The notes beneath the pieces were generated by a model. That model worked only from the letters and a program-made list of their open reading frames with translations, did no database searches and had not been told where the DNA came from. A program made the translations under genes and the position numbers. A DNA stretch of 64,000 nt from an uncultured Gammaproteobacteria bacterium (GTDB lineage Bacteria; Patescibacteriota; Patescibacteriia; Buchananbacterales; UBA6539). The stretch lies in NCBI GenBank assembly GCA_964540635.1, contig CAZINP010000001.1, positions 93,364 to 157,363 of the forward strand, written 5' to 3'. Positions 26,398 through 36,899 of the stretch are shown here, piece after piece; positions within the stretch are counted from its first letter, which is position 1, and every line of letters begins with the position of its first letter.

Positions 26398-29250
26398 TTA
26401 TTGAATGTTGATTTTAAGTGGCGATGTTTTGTAAGTATAACCGTCGTCGTTTGTGATTCTGGCGAATAGGTAGTAGGTTCCGGTTTCGCTCGGACCATTA
26501 AACCACTTCAGGTTTATTTCTGAGTCTGGAAATTGTCTGGCCGTGTTTATAAAATTTTCTTGGCCGGCTTCATTTTGATAAAAAATATCAATTTTAGAAA
26601 CTGCTTCCGGGCTGCTTAATTTGGCCTTAAGTGATATTGGGAAATCTGATTGCTTTAAACTAATTCCATCACTTAAGCCTTCCCAGTTAAAGTTTGCTTG
26701 GATTTGTGGCAGCTTGAAGTTAAGGTCAATGCCGGCAATATTGTTATTATCCAAATCATCATAAGCAATTGCTTCAAAAGTATAATAGCCGGTGGTGATT
26801 GAAGCGTCCGCCAAGGTCACTTGCAGGCTAAAAGGCGCCTCAGTGACCGATTTGAGCAATTGATGGTTTAAATAGTACTCAACCTTTTTTATACCTCGTG
26901 GCGCGCTAACGGAAACGGTGGCAAAGAAGTCTCGGCTTGTGATTAGTTGGTTGGGTTGTGGGCTGGTAATGGTAACCTGTGGTCTGTCCGCGGCGCTATG
27001 GGTATCATCAAATTCCGTGGGTGGCTCTTCAGAAATTATATTGTTTCTGTTGGCCCAATCCAGGACCGCCTCTTCCCAGCGCTGAAATTGAAGACTGGAG
27101 CGATCAGGCGGGGTATCGCCTCTCGGGTCGTCTTTGTCAATGTAGTATAAAATTGAGTGAACCTGGCGGTAAGTTCTCTCCTCAACCAGAGATTCCGGTG
27201 TTAAGTTGGTGGCGAGCTTGCCGCTGATTCTGTCAACTTTAACCTTTACGCCTTCGGCAATTGAACCGTTTAAAACCGGCTTGTCAGTCTCAATTGGGTC
27301 GTAAGGGGTAAATTCTTCAACCGGCATGTCTTTGAGGGCTCCTTGCATAAATTTATTCCAAATTGGGGCAGCCAAGACGCTACCGTCTGCGCCACGCTTC
27401 ATTTCTCTGTTGTCGGCATTGCCCACCCAAACGCCGGCCACTAAATTGGGTGTATAGCCCAAGGTCCAGGCATCATGAAAATCATTGGTGGTACCGGTTT
27501 TGGCGGCCACGGGCCTGTTGGGCAAGGTTAAATAGTTTTTTTCGCCAAAGGTAAATGCTCTGGCGGCATTGTCAGATAAAATACTGGAAACTTGCCTGGC
27601 AATCTGTGTGTCTAAAACTTTCTTTTCGCTTTTTTCATATTTTTCCAAAACATTACCGTCTTTATCGGTTACTTCCAAAATGCCAACCGGTGGATGATAC
27701 TCGCCTTCAGTGGCAAAGACCGAATAAGCGGCCACATGATCAATCATTTTGACTTCGCCGCCGCCCAAAACCAAAGATAGGCCAAATCGGCTCTTGTCTT
27801 TGAATGTGGTATAACCTAAATCATCGGCCAGTTTCAAAACATTATCAACGCCGGTTAAATAAATAGCTTTAACCGCGGGAATGTTTAATGATCCGGCCAG
27901 GGCTTTTCTGATTGATACCGGACCGTTTTCTTTTAGGTTGTAATTTTTAGGTTCGTAGTTTTTACCGTCATAATTTATAAAAACGGTGTTAACGTCATAA
28001 AGTATGGTTTCCGGAGTGTAGCCTTTGATAAATGAAGCGGCATAAACAATTGGTTTAAAAGATGAGCCAGGTTGTCTGGGACTGATGGTAATATTGACCT
28101 GGCCGTCTATATCATCGTTAAAATAGTCGCGAGAGCCAACCATGGCTAAAATTTGGCCGTTTTTTGGGTCTAAGGCTAGAAGCGCGGCATTGGTGGCATC
28201 TGATTTTAAATTTTTTTCTACATATTCTTGTACAGCCTCTTCGGCGGCTTGTTGCTTGTCCCAATCAAGGGTGGTAATAATTTTTAGGCCGCCTTGATCA
28301 ACTGTTTGTTCATCGTATTTTTCCGAGAGGTACTCTTTAATATACATGACAAAATGCGGGGCATAAATTGATTCGGTTTTTTTCTTAAAAACAACTTCTT
28401 CTTCCTTGGCTTTTTGTGCATCCTCTTTGGTGATGTAGCCAAGCTCGGCCATACTGTCTAAAATCCAGGCTTGTCGGGCAAAGAGGCTGTCGGTGTGGCT
28501 GCCATAAGGTGAATAATAAGTAGGGGCTTGCGGCAAGGCGGCCAAAATTGTGCACTCGCTTAAGTTCAAATCTTTAACGCTTTTGCCGAAGTAAGTTTGA
28601 GCGGCCGCCTCAGCACCGTAGGCGACTGAACCGTAAGGAATCTCATTGAAATACATCTGTAAAATTTCATCTTTGCTGAATCTTTTTTCAATTTGATATG
28701 ATAAAATCGCTTCTTTGATTTTTCGGGTGTAGGTTTTTTCCGGAGAGAGAATGGCGCTTTTAACCAATTGTTGTGTTAAGGTTGAGCCGCCAACTTTGCT
28801 ACCCGTTAAGACATTTTTTATCATGGAGCGGATGATGCCGGTAAATGATATGCCCTTGTGTTGATAAAATTCTCGATCCTCGGCAGTTAAGGTCGCATTT
28901 TTGAGATTTGTCGGGATGTCTTCAAGCTTAACAAATGTTCTTTTTTCCGTGCCGTGAATATCATAAAGAAGGTGTTCGCCGGTTCGGTCATATATTTTAC
29001 TTGAAAGGGCCACCGACCTGTCAATGATGCGATTTGGGTCAGGCAGGCTGGCTGCAGCCCAGGCTAATAAGATTACACTAAAAACGCCCAAAACCGCTAT
29101 GCCGGCCAGGCCGACTGTGACCAAGCTTTTGAAGTTCACCTTAAATGGCAATTTAAATTTTTTCTTTTTTTTGAAATATGAGCCCGAATAAGATTTTATA
29201 GGCATATTTTTATTATCAATCTTTTTAATTTTTAATTGAGGAATTGGCAT
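26398..29250 (-). CDS. Class A penicillin-binding protein (PBP1A family) with C-terminal Ig-like domains
   Basis: AEDREFYQH, GGSTLTQQLVK transglycosylase; RQPGSSFKP, SLN, KTGTT transpeptidase. Confidence 0.95.
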   Translation of the reverse strand: MPIPQLKIKKIDNKNMPIKSYSGSYFKKKKKFKLPFKVNFKSLVTVGLAGIAVLGVFSVILLAWAAASLPDPNRIIDRSVALSSKIYDRTGEHLLYDIHGTEKRTFVKLEDIPTNLKNATLTAEDREFYQHKGISFTGIIRSMIKNVLTGSKVGGSTLTQQLVKSAILSPEKTYTRKIKEAILSYQIEKRFSKDEILQMYFNEIPYGSVAYGAEAAAQTYFGKSVKDLNLSECTILAALPQAPTYYSPYGSHTDSLFARQAWILDSMAELGYITKEDAQKAKEEEVVFKKKTESIYAPHFVMYIKEYLSEKYDEQTVDQGGLKIITTLDWDKQQAAEEAVQEYVEKNLKSDATNAALLALDPKNGQILAMVGSRDYFNDDIDGQVNITISPRQPGSSFKPIVYAASFIKGYTPETILYDVNTVFINYDGKNYEPKNYNLKENGPVSIRKALAGSLNIPAVKAIYLTGVDNVLKLADDLGYTTFKDKSRFGLSLVLGGGEVKMIDHVAAYSVFATEGEYHPPVGILEVTDKDGNVLEKYEKSEKKVLDTQIARQVSSILSDNAARAFTFGEKNYLTLPNRPVAAKTGTTNDFHDAWTLGYTPNLVAGVWVGNADNREMKRGADGSVLAAPIWNKFMQGALKDMPVEEFTPYDPIETDKPVLNGSIAEGVKVKVDRISGKLATNLTPESLVEERTYRQVHSILYYIDKDDPRGDTPPDRSSLQFQRWEEAVLDWANRNNIISEEPPTEFDDTHSAADRPQVTITSPQPNQLITSRDFFATVSVSAPRGIKKVEYYLNHQLLKSVTEAPFSLQVTLADASITTGYYTFEAIAYDDLDNNNIAGIDLNFKLPQIQANFNWEGLSDGISLKQSDFPISLKAKLSSPEAVSKIDIFYQNEAGQENFINTARQFPDSEINLKWFNGPSETGTYYLFARITNDDGYTYKTSPLKINIQ

Positions 29251-29311
29251 CTGCTTAAAATTTTCTTTTTATACTCTAACATTTTTTGGCTTATTTTTCA
29301 ACCTTTATAAT

Positions 29312-29343
29312 AAAAAACACCTTGGATTGTCCAAGGTGTTTTT
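29312..29343. terminator. Bidirectional-type terminator
   Basis: AAAAAACACCTTGGA-ttg-TCCAAGGTGTTTTT. Confidence 0.7.
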
Positions 29344-29353
29344 GGTGATATTT

Positions 29354-30376
29354 TTAATTTTGTAGCGACTGATTTTTTGCGGCGTAATTTTTTAGGGCCG
29401 GCACTAAGTCTTTGCGGCCTAATAATTCTTGAGTTGAACCAAACTCTTCAACCTCTCGATTAAAATTTTCACCGTCAATGATCAAGGCGATTCTTTTGTT
29501 TTCCGGTAAAGTATATTCAAATGCTTTTCTGATTTCCAAGGTGTTGTTATCTTTGTCAAAAAATGCCAGGCAATTTTTGATTTCATCAACGGTTTCAGCG
29601 CCGACTCGCGTAATGACCTTGTCGTTTGCGCCATCGTTTTTTGGGCAGTCGGCGAGATTAACGGGAGTGATATCCTCAACGCTTCTGATTTGGCGCAGGA
29701 TCTCAAGAGTTTTTATCAGCTGCTCTTCTTGGCCGGCGTGGCGTCGTCTGGCTTTTTCGTATCTATCTTTGAGGTCTGCTTGTCTTTTTGCCAGCTGACG
29801 CATTTTTTCATCAATTGCCAGATCAAGCCTGCCTTCATTTTGGTAAAAAACCATTAAGCTATAATGACTTTTTCCACTTGGCAAGACTTCTTGAGCAATG
29901 GTTAATTCTTCTCTGGTTTCAGCTTCAATGGTTTCTGATGGTTTTTCACCGCAACGTCCGGCTGGTCCGGTCAGGCAGCCCGGGTCGGCTTTTGCGTCTT
30001 CTGAGCGTTTAAGTAGAACTAATTTTGACTCTTGATTTTGTCTAAACCAAACAAAGCTGCCGGCCGAGATTAAAGATAAGCCGCTTTTATTGTCTCTCCT
30101 CAAGTCAGAAACCAATGGTGAGGATGTGCCAAATTCTTCGTTGGCAAATTGGTCAATGGCCGCAGTCGGGTCGCCGGCACCAATTTCAACTTGCCAAACG
30201 CCATTTTCAAATTTTACGTGGCCGGTGATAAAAAATCTATCGTGGCCGGGCCAATCGGCTCGGGGTGGATTTTTTAGGAGTTCGGCAGAATATTCCAAAT
30301 TTTGAGAAAGTTGAATTTCCCTGGTTTCATTTTCCGGCGCCGTTTGACCCATTACTTCAATTGATCTTCTAGACAT
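29354..30376 (-). CDS. Hypothetical protein with divergent Nudix-like box
   Basis: LVLLKRS...PAGRCGEKPSETIEAETREEL. Confidence 0.5.
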   Translation of the reverse strand: MSRRSIEVMGQTAPENETREIQLSQNLEYSAELLKNPPRADWPGHDRFFITGHVKFENGVWQVEIGAGDPTAAIDQFANEEFGTSSPLVSDLRRDNKSGLSLISAGSFVWFRQNQESKLVLLKRSEDAKADPGCLTGPAGRCGEKPSETIEAETREELTIAQEVLPSGKSHYSLMVFYQNEGRLDLAIDEKMRQLAKRQADLKDRYEKARRRHAGQEEQLIKTLEILRQIRSVEDITPVNLADCPKNDGANDKVITRVGAETVDEIKNCLAFFDKDNNTLEIRKAFEYTLPENKRIALIIDGENFNREVEEFGSTQELLGRKDLVPALKNYAAKNQSLQN

Positions 30377-30423
30377 AAAATTTAGTTATTATTTTGCAAA
30401 ATTTTAACTCCTTTTAAGCGAAA

Positions 30424-30666
30424 TTATTTTGTTTTTGGCTGCCAGCCAAGTTCTGATTGATTTGGACAATCTCCAATATCGCACATGGCAAAGTCACATT
30501 TTTTGCCTGTTTTGTTTTCGCAATCTTCTTGTGAAATATATTTTGGAGCATCAATTTCGTAATTTTCATCAATATTAATTAGATTTGCCTCGGTTTTTGT
30601 TTTTCCTAAAGAGCAGCCGCTAAGCAGTAAGAGAGTGACAACAAGAAAGATGTTGATTTTTTTCAT
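30424..30666 (-). CDS. Small Cys-containing lipoprotein
   Basis: Lipobox LSGC; CENKTGKKCDFAMCDIGDCP. Confidence 0.65.
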   Translation of the reverse strand: MKKINIFLVVTLLLLSGCSLGKTKTEANLINIDENYEIDAPKYISQEDCENKTGKKCDFAMCDIGDCPNQSELGWQPKTK

Positions 30667-31163
30667 ATTATTTTTAAAATTTTATTGATAAAGCCCTCTT
30701 TGCATTGTCGGTATTTTTTGCCGTCGCCCCTCGCCTTCTTAACGGCTAGTTTTTTTATTTTTTCGTATTCTTTAATTGCACTTTTGTTTTTTATGAAGTA
30801 ATTTCTGAAATTAATCATCGTTTTCCATTCTGATTTATTATATTCAACCAGGTGAAGATGAACGCGTCTTTTACGGTTTTTGTATGGGTAATCGGCTCTA
30901 AAGAATAATCGTTTTGGATAGCTGGCAATTTCTCTAAATTCCCAACCGCCTAAAATAAGTTTTTCTTTTGCTTTGTTGAATTTGGATTTACTAACGCCAA
31001 CGGCAATGTCAATAATTCCCTTGCCGCCCAAATTGGGGATTGAAGTTGAGCCAACATGCTCTATCTTTGCATTTTTTTTCAGGGCGTTTGCGATTTTTCT
31101 TTTTTCAATTTGAAAAAATTTTTTAAAGTCCGGATTATATCTGTGAAAAACGTATTTATTCAC
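30663..31163 (-). CDS. GrpB family nucleotidyltransferase-fold protein
   Basis: IEHVGSTSIP.L.GK.IIDI, VHLH, FRNY, Y...K..FI. Confidence 0.88.
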   Translation of the reverse strand: MNKYVFHRYNPDFKKFFQIEKRKIANALKKNAKIEHVGSTSIPNLGGKGIIDIAVGVSKSKFNKAKEKLILGGWEFREIASYPKRLFFRADYPYKNRKRRVHLHLVEYNKSEWKTMINFRNYFIKNKSAIKEYEKIKKLAVKKARGDGKKYRQCKEGFINKILKII

Positions 31164-31932
31164 AAGAGACGTTTCGTTTTATTTTGATATAGCACTTAAA
31201 GTATTGCCAGTGCCAGAGAATATGAAAAATGGAAATTATGGTCATGGCAATGCCGGCTTCAACGTGCCAAAAAAGCATATTAAAGGGCAAGGGAAAGACG
31301 ATTTGGAAATTAATTCTTATTACCAAAAGTATGCCAAGTATGGCGCTAACCAAAAAGCTGGTCAGCAAAGCAAGGTTCCAAATTCGACGATGATTAACAA
31401 GACTGATTTTTTTAATTTTAGAAAGCCAAAGGGTAAAGAGATAAAAAACAATAGTGGCAAGGGCGATTGATCCTAAATGATAATTTTTTTCGGCTGATGT
31501 TGATGTTCTGGCGGCGGTTGGGATCTGGTCTTTTAGGTTTTGGGCAATTTCTTTGGCTTGGCTTGGTTCGAGGCCGTAGTTGTCGTGCAGAGTCTGAAAA
31601 CTATTTCCGGTTTTTATGGTTATCTTATAATAATCAGACAGGGCTTGAGCATATTTGTCCGGATCAATTTGATAAATCTCGGCAACCTCTTTAACGTTTT
31701 TTGTTTTTAGATCTTGGCCGGAAATTAAATCTTCTGCCACGGTTTGGGTGGCGCTGGTTGTTGTTTCTTCGGTTTCTGATAAATCGCAAATGTCATTGCT
31801 GTTTTCGTCAACATAACGGCCGCAATTACCCGGGTATGGATCATTGGTTAAGCCATAAGGGCAAGACTCAAGCGCTAAGGCAGCCAGAGGGAATAAAATA
31901 GTTAAGGTGGTTAGGATGATAATTTTTTTCAT
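31156..31932 (-). CDS. DUF4405-like membrane protein with N-terminal Cys motif
   Basis: CPYGLTNDPYPGNCGRYVD...ICD; C-terminal TM helices with WHVEAG...HILWHW. Confidence 0.65.
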   Translation of the reverse strand: MKKIIILTTLTILFPLAALALESCPYGLTNDPYPGNCGRYVDENSNDICDLSETEETTTSATQTVAEDLISGQDLKTKNVKEVAEIYQIDPDKYAQALSDYYKITIKTGNSFQTLHDNYGLEPSQAKEIAQNLKDQIPTAARTSTSAEKNYHLGSIALATIVFYLFTLWLSKIKKISLVNHRRIWNLALLTSFLVSAILGILLVIRINFQIVFPLPFNMLFWHVEAGIAMTIISIFHILWHWQYFKCYIKIKRNVSCE

Positions 31933-32876
31933 TTGGTTTTTCCTCTAAAAAATTTAGCCGCGTCTTCGGGCGCAACCGGGTTAATGATCATGCCTGAGCC
32001 GATTTCCACGCCGGCCCAAACCGAACCGCGGGGAGTTATTTTCATATATAAATGTTGATCCTCGTCTTTTATGACTTGATGGAAGTAATAGTTATAAGGC
32101 AAGCCGAGTTCGCATATTTTTTTAAGAATTTTTTTAAGAGCTTTGGCGAAAGAATCTCTTTCGGCCGGTGTGAGTTGAGTGATATTGTCAATGTGTCTTT
32201 TGGGCATTAACCAAACTTCGTAATTGTGTATGGGCGCCCAAGGGCAAAAACAAACAATATTTTTATCTTGGCAAATTAAACGTGGCGAGTGACTTTCTTT
32301 TTTAATTACATCGCAGTAAACACACGTACCCTTTTTGAGCTTGTAGGCTTGAACCCTTTGTGATTTGTCGCGCAGATGAGGCGGCAGAAATTCGGTGGCA
32401 AAAATTTGGGAATGAGCATGTTTAAGTGAAGCACCGGCCGGACCGCCATCGTTTTTAAAAATTAAAATGTAGTTGATTTTTTTATCTTTGGAAATCGCCT
32501 CGGTTCTTTTGGCGTAAACTTCAAGAATTTCAGCAATGCGTTTGGCGCTTAAATCGTCGGTTTCCAAAAGATGATTTGGCGTTTCAATAACCACTTCTTG
32601 CTGGCCATAAGCTTTTTTATTTTTTGTGCTTACAGCTGGAAATTTGTTGGCAATAACTTTAATGGCCCAAGGTTCATTTTTTTCCTTGCTTTTATTAACC
32701 GTTAAAAGGGCTTTACCGGATTTTTTAACATTTTCAGGGCAAAAGGCGCACTCACTTTTTTTGAGTTGGCTGGGAGGAATTGCCCTTTCAGTATCATGTG
32801 GCCGCTTACCGCGGCGTGGGGCGATAATAACGTATTTTTCTTGAATATAATCTTTTCTAATTTCTGGATTTTTCAT
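31929..32876 (-). CDS. galT: Galactose-1-phosphate uridylyltransferase-like (HIT fold)
   Basis: VIIAPRRGKRPHD, CAFCP, NKFPA, EVVIETP.H, AGASLKHAHSQ. Confidence 0.85.
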   Translation of the reverse strand: MKNPEIRKDYIQEKYVIIAPRRGKRPHDTERAIPPSQLKKSECAFCPENVKKSGKALLTVNKSKEKNEPWAIKVIANKFPAVSTKNKKAYGQQEVVIETPNHLLETDDLSAKRIAEILEVYAKRTEAISKDKKINYILIFKNDGGPAGASLKHAHSQIFATEFLPPHLRDKSQRVQAYKLKKGTCVYCDVIKKESHSPRLICQDKNIVCFCPWAPIHNYEVWLMPKRHIDNITQLTPAERDSFAKALKKILKKICELGLPYNYYFHQVIKDEDQHLYMKITPRGSVWAGVEIGSGMIINPVAPEDAAKFFRGKTK

Positions 32877-32887
32877 ATTTATATTTT

Positions 32888-33466
32888 TTATTTTTTAATA
32901 ATCGAAAGTATTTTTTCAGTTGATTCTTTAACTGACGATGAGTTGTCTATTATAATTGGTTTAAATTTCTTATAACCATTTTCGGTTTTATCAAAAAGAC
33001 TGCCTTTGGTTTTTTTCTTTAAGTCATCAGGGTTATTTAAGGCGCGACCCATTAATCTTTCAGCCCTTATTTTTTCCGGAACAGTAATTAAAAAATAATA
33101 GTCTGGTTCTATGATGCCAAGTTTTTTATAAGGTGGTAAATCTTTTATATTGGCACCGCGCAATTGATGATAGACGAGGGTGGAAAAAATATATCGATCG
33201 CAGACAACCCAATTTTTCTTAAGAAGGTTTTTGATTATCTGTGATTTATAAATTGCCGAAGCAATATAAAAATATAAACTAGCGCTAATGGGCGTTTCTG
33301 ATTTAATAAAGGGTTTTATGAGGTTGAAGCCATGGTTTTTATTTTCAATGTCTTCGTAACAAACGGCATTAATTTTTTTTCTTTTCAGTTCTTTGACCAA
33401 ACTTCTACACAATAATGATTTGCCGGAGCCGTCAATGCCTTCAAAAACGATTAATTTATTTTTCAT
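32888..33466 (-). CDS. tmk: Thymidylate kinase
   Basis: IVFEGIDGSGKS P-loop, VVCDRYIFSTLVY. Confidence 0.85.
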   Translation of the reverse strand: MKNKLIVFEGIDGSGKSLLCRSLVKELKRKKINAVCYEDIENKNHGFNLIKPFIKSETPISASLYFYIASAIYKSQIIKNLLKKNWVVCDRYIFSTLVYHQLRGANIKDLPPYKKLGIIEPDYYFLITVPEKIRAERLMGRALNNPDDLKKKTKGSLFDKTENGYKKFKPIIIDNSSSVKESTEKILSIIKK

Positions 33467-34479
33467 AACATTTTTAGAATATTTCTAACTCTGGTTAAAA
33501 CCTTTTTATCCTCTTGTCCGGCCGCCACTTCAAATTTATATCTTATTAAACGTCGACAGATTTCTGCAGCCGCTTCTTTTTGAACCACTTCGTCGTTGAC
33601 AATTGAGCGACCAATCATATTTATTCCCATGCTGGTGGCCGAAGAAATGGTTTTTAGTTTTTTGCCGTTTACTGGGAATTTTTTGGCTAATTCATGCAGT
33701 AATTCGTAATTTTCTAAATCACGGTTGTATGATGTGGCCTGGTGGCAGCGTCGATCTTTCATGCAAACGTCATAAAAATCGGCCGAGGCGGCCATAAAGG
33801 CTAAATTAAGAGGATGAGTAATAGGCAAATTATAAACAGGGAATGTTTCAAATTTTATATAGTATGGTGCTTTATTGTTTTTAAGCTCGTGGTAAAGTTG
33901 GCTTAGGCAAACACCAAATTTTCCACTGCCCCCGCCCGGACTTAAAATAACCGTTAATTTTTTTTGAGTGCAAATGAAATTGTTTTTGTCAAAGTCATTA
34001 AAGTCAATATTTTTTTTGGGGTAGTCTTTAATGCTGGCAAAATAATGAACCTTTACCTTTTGCCTTTTTAAATTTTTGGTAAAACGTTTTATCTCCTCGG
34101 GTAAATTTTTTGGATCATCTATTCGAGTAATAACAACATTTTTGACTCTAATCTTGTTTTCTTTGAAAATTTTAAGAACTCGTATTGATTCCCTGTCGTA
34201 GGTAATTTTGTGGTCCCCCCTAACTCTTTTTCTAACAATATCTTTAGCTGAAACAACAAAAACGATTTCGGCCGAACGGCAGATTTTTTTTAAAAGTAAA
34301 AGCTTGGCATTTTCCGGGTAGCCCGGCAAAACCCTGGCAGAATGTTTATCGTCAACAATTTTGCCGCCGAACTCAATGTAAGTTTTTGTTCCGGCGCGAT
34401 CAATTAGGTCTTTAATTCTTTTTGATTGCAATCGTAAATATAAATTGGAATTAAAGCCGATTTTTTGATAATTGGCCAT
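33463..34479 (-). CDS. DUF1846 family protein (short form)
   Basis: KIGF...Y...QS..I, YIEFGGK..DDKHSARVLPG, PGGGSGK..CLSQLYHE, KFETFPVYNLP..HPLN. Confidence 0.85.
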   Translation of the reverse strand: MANYQKIGFNSNLYLRLQSKRIKDLIDRAGTKTYIEFGGKIVDDKHSARVLPGYPENAKLLLLKKICRSAEIVFVVSAKDIVRKRVRGDHKITYDRESIRVLKIFKENKIRVKNVVITRIDDPKNLPEEIKRFTKNLKRQKVKVHYFASIKDYPKKNIDFNDFDKNNFICTQKKLTVILSPGGGSGKFGVCLSQLYHELKNNKAPYYIKFETFPVYNLPITHPLNLAFMAASADFYDVCMKDRRCHQATSYNRDLENYELLHELAKKFPVNGKKLKTISSATSMGINMIGRSIVNDEVVQKEAAAEICRRLIRYKFEVAAGQEDKKVLTRVRNILKML

Positions 34480-34499
34480 TTATTTATATATTAAATTGA

Positions 34500-34976
34500 C
34501 TAATTTGCTCCGCAAACGGCAATGGCTAAGGCATCAGCCGCATCATCCGGCTTAGGTATTTCTTTAAGGTTTAGCACAACCTTGGTCATTTGTTGAATTT
34601 GTTTTTTGTCCGCTTTGCCGTAACCGGTTAAGGCGATTTTGACTTGCAGCGGGGTGTATTCTTTTACGTCCAGGCAATTCTGGCCCGCACAAAGCATGGC
34701 TACGCCGCGCGCTTGCCCTACGGCAATCGCGGTTTTGGCATTATTGCAAAAGAAGAGTTTTTCTACAGCAACACAATCTGGTTTATATTTTTTAAATATT
34801 TTATCCAACTCTTCTTTAATTTGACTCAATCTGACTTCGTCGCTAAGTTTTGATTTGGTTTTAATAGAACCGTAATCAAGTGCTTTGAGTTTATAGCCTT
34901 CTTTTTCAATCACGCCAAAACCCATATCCGCAATTCCCGGGTCAATGCCTAAAATAATTTTTTTAGCTTTTGCCAT
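34500..34976 (-). CDS. ruvC: Holliday junction resolvase RuvC
   Basis: ILGIDPG, AVEKLFF, EYTPLQVK, DDAADALAIA; ATG at 34976. Confidence 0.97.
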   Translation of the reverse strand: MAKAKKIILGIDPGIADMGFGVIEKEGYKLKALDYGSIKTKSKLSDEVRLSQIKEELDKIFKKYKPDCVAVEKLFFCNNAKTAIAVGQARGVAMLCAGQNCLDVKEYTPLQVKIALTGYGKADKKQIQQMTKVVLNLKEIPKPDDAADALAIAVCGAN

Positions 34977-34977
34977 T

Positions 34978-35688
34978 TTAATCTTCCAGGTTGGTATAAT
35001 AATCACTGACGTCATCGTTATCGTCTAATTCAGCGGCCATTTTATCAAGTCTCTCCTGGACTTCTGGTGAAGCTTTCTTTTTCTCTTTGGGCACCATTTC
35101 GTTTTCAGCATAATCAACGGTTAAATTGTTTTGTTCCAGCCAATCTTTGACTTTATTTAAATCATTGGGCTGAGTGTAGATGGTTGTGCCTTCGTCTTCG
35201 CGTACCAAATCCAAAGCGCCGGCATCAATCAATTCCAATTCTTGCCCCTCGTTAATTTGGCCGGTTCTAATTACACCCTTGGCCTCAAAAAGCCAAGCCA
35301 CCGCTCCCGGACCGCCCAAATTTCCGCCGTATTTTGTGAGGATGTGCTTAACATCCGAGCTGGTTCGGTTGCGATTGTCGGTCAGAGCTTCAATCATAAT
35401 AGCGATTCCATCTGGTCCAAAACCTTCATAGGTAATGGTTTCAATTGGTCCGCCGCCCAATTCGCCCGTGCCGCGCTTAATTGCCCTTTCAATGTTTTCT
35501 TTTGGCATGCTTGCGCCCCTGGCCTTATCAATTGCAAGTCTTAAGCGAAAATTTATATCCGGGTTTGACCCGCCTAATTTTGCGGCGATAGTAATGGCGT
35601 TGGCTAGTTTGGTAAACATTGCGCCGCGCTTGGCATCAGCTGCGCCTTTGGCCCTTTTGGTTGTTGCCCATTTACTGTGTCCTGACAT
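34978..35688 (-). CDS. yebC: YebC/PmpR family protein
   Basis: MSGHSKWA, YEGFGP.G, TDNRNRT; synteny with ruvC. Confidence 0.95.
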   Translation of the reverse strand: MSGHSKWATTKRAKGAADAKRGAMFTKLANAITIAAKLGGSNPDINFRLRLAIDKARGASMPKENIERAIKRGTGELGGGPIETITYEGFGPDGIAIMIEALTDNRNRTSSDVKHILTKYGGNLGGPGAVAWLFEAKGVIRTGQINEGQELELIDAGALDLVREDEGTTIYTQPNDLNKVKDWLEQNNLTVDYAENEMVPKEKKKASPEVQERLDKMAAELDDNDDVSDYYTNLED

Positions 35689-35819
35689 AAAAAAGATAAA
35701 ATAAAAAATGATTTAACTCTAAATATTTTAACAAATTTTTGTGATTTTTTCAATCTTTTATTTTTTGCTCATAAATATAAAAAATGGTATAATTAGCCTA
35801 TAAATCTTAATAATTTTTT

Positions 35820-36893
35820 ATGCATCAACTTGACGATTTGGCTAAAATTAAGAAGTTGGACGGCGGTAATGTTTTGGATTCAATCCAACTGCTGGATAAA
35901 CAATTAAACCAGGCTTGGTTTGATTTTAAAAAGGTAAAGGTGCCGCTTGCTTTTGCCAAGATTAATAAAATTGTTGTAAATGGCATGGGTGGATCGGCTT
36001 TGGGTAGCGATATTATTAAAAATTTATTTGCCAGCAGTCTAAGGGTGCCGATAATTATTACAAATAGTTATGAAGCTCTGGGCTGTGTTGACGACAAAAC
36101 ATTATTTATTGCTTCTTCTTATTCCGGGACAACCGAGGAAACTTTAAGTGCAATCAAGCAGGCACAGGCAAAGAAAGCAAAAATTTTTGGCATCACTTCC
36201 GGTGGCCCATTGGGCGAAATGATTAGAAAAAATAAAATATCTGGCTTTGTTTTTGATCCAAAATTCAACCCTTCAAACCAACCGCGAATGGGTTTGGGAT
36301 ATTCTCTGGCGGCACAACTGGCCTTGTTTTCCAGATTAAATTTTTTGAAATTTTCCCAAAAAGATGTTGATAGCGCAGCTAAGACAATTGTAAAGTTTAA
36401 TCGACTTTTTGGTGCCAAAGTTCACTTATCTTCAAATTTGGCCAAACAACTATCAGTCTCAATACAAAAAAAAATTCCAGTGATAGTTTCGGCCGAATTT
36501 CTTGGTGGCAATGCCCATGTTTTAGCTAATCAAATAAACGAAAACGCCAAAAATTACGCCAGCTATTATTTAATTCCCGAGATGAACCATCATTTATTGG
36601 AAGGCTTAACTTTTCCCAGAGATAATCAGGGGATTTTGCACTTTTTGTTTTTTGGCAGCCGGCTTTATTCTCAAAAGAATCAAGCGCGTCTTCACATCAC
36701 CAAAGACGTGGTTAATAAAAATAAAATTAAATTTTTCAGTTATGAGTTAACGGCAAAAGATCGAATTTCTCAAGCTTTTGAGATGCTGGTCTTTGGCAGT
36801 TATTTTAGTTTTTATTTGGCAATTTTATATCAACTTAATCCCTCTAAAATTCCCTGGGTTGATTATTTTAAAGCTCAACTGAAAAACTACTAA
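35820..36893 (+). CDS. Bifunctional phosphoglucose/phosphomannose isomerase (SIS domain)
   Basis: GMGGSALG, SSYSGTTEET, QINENAK, PEMNHH. Confidence 0.9.
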   Translation: MHQLDDLAKIKKLDGGNVLDSIQLLDKQLNQAWFDFKKVKVPLAFAKINKIVVNGMGGSALGSDIIKNLFASSLRVPIIITNSYEALGCVDDKTLFIASSYSGTTEETLSAIKQAQAKKAKIFGITSGGPLGEMIRKNKISGFVFDPKFNPSNQPRMGLGYSLAAQLALFSRLNFLKFSQKDVDSAAKTIVKFNRLFGAKVHLSSNLAKQLSVSIQKKIPVIVSAEFLGGNAHVLANQINENAKNYASYYLIPEMNHHLLEGLTFPRDNQGILHFLFFGSRLYSQKNQARLHITKDVVNKNKIKFFSYELTAKDRISQAFEMLVFGSYFSFYLAILYQLNPSKIPWVDYFKAQLKNY

Positions 36894-36899
36894 TTTTTT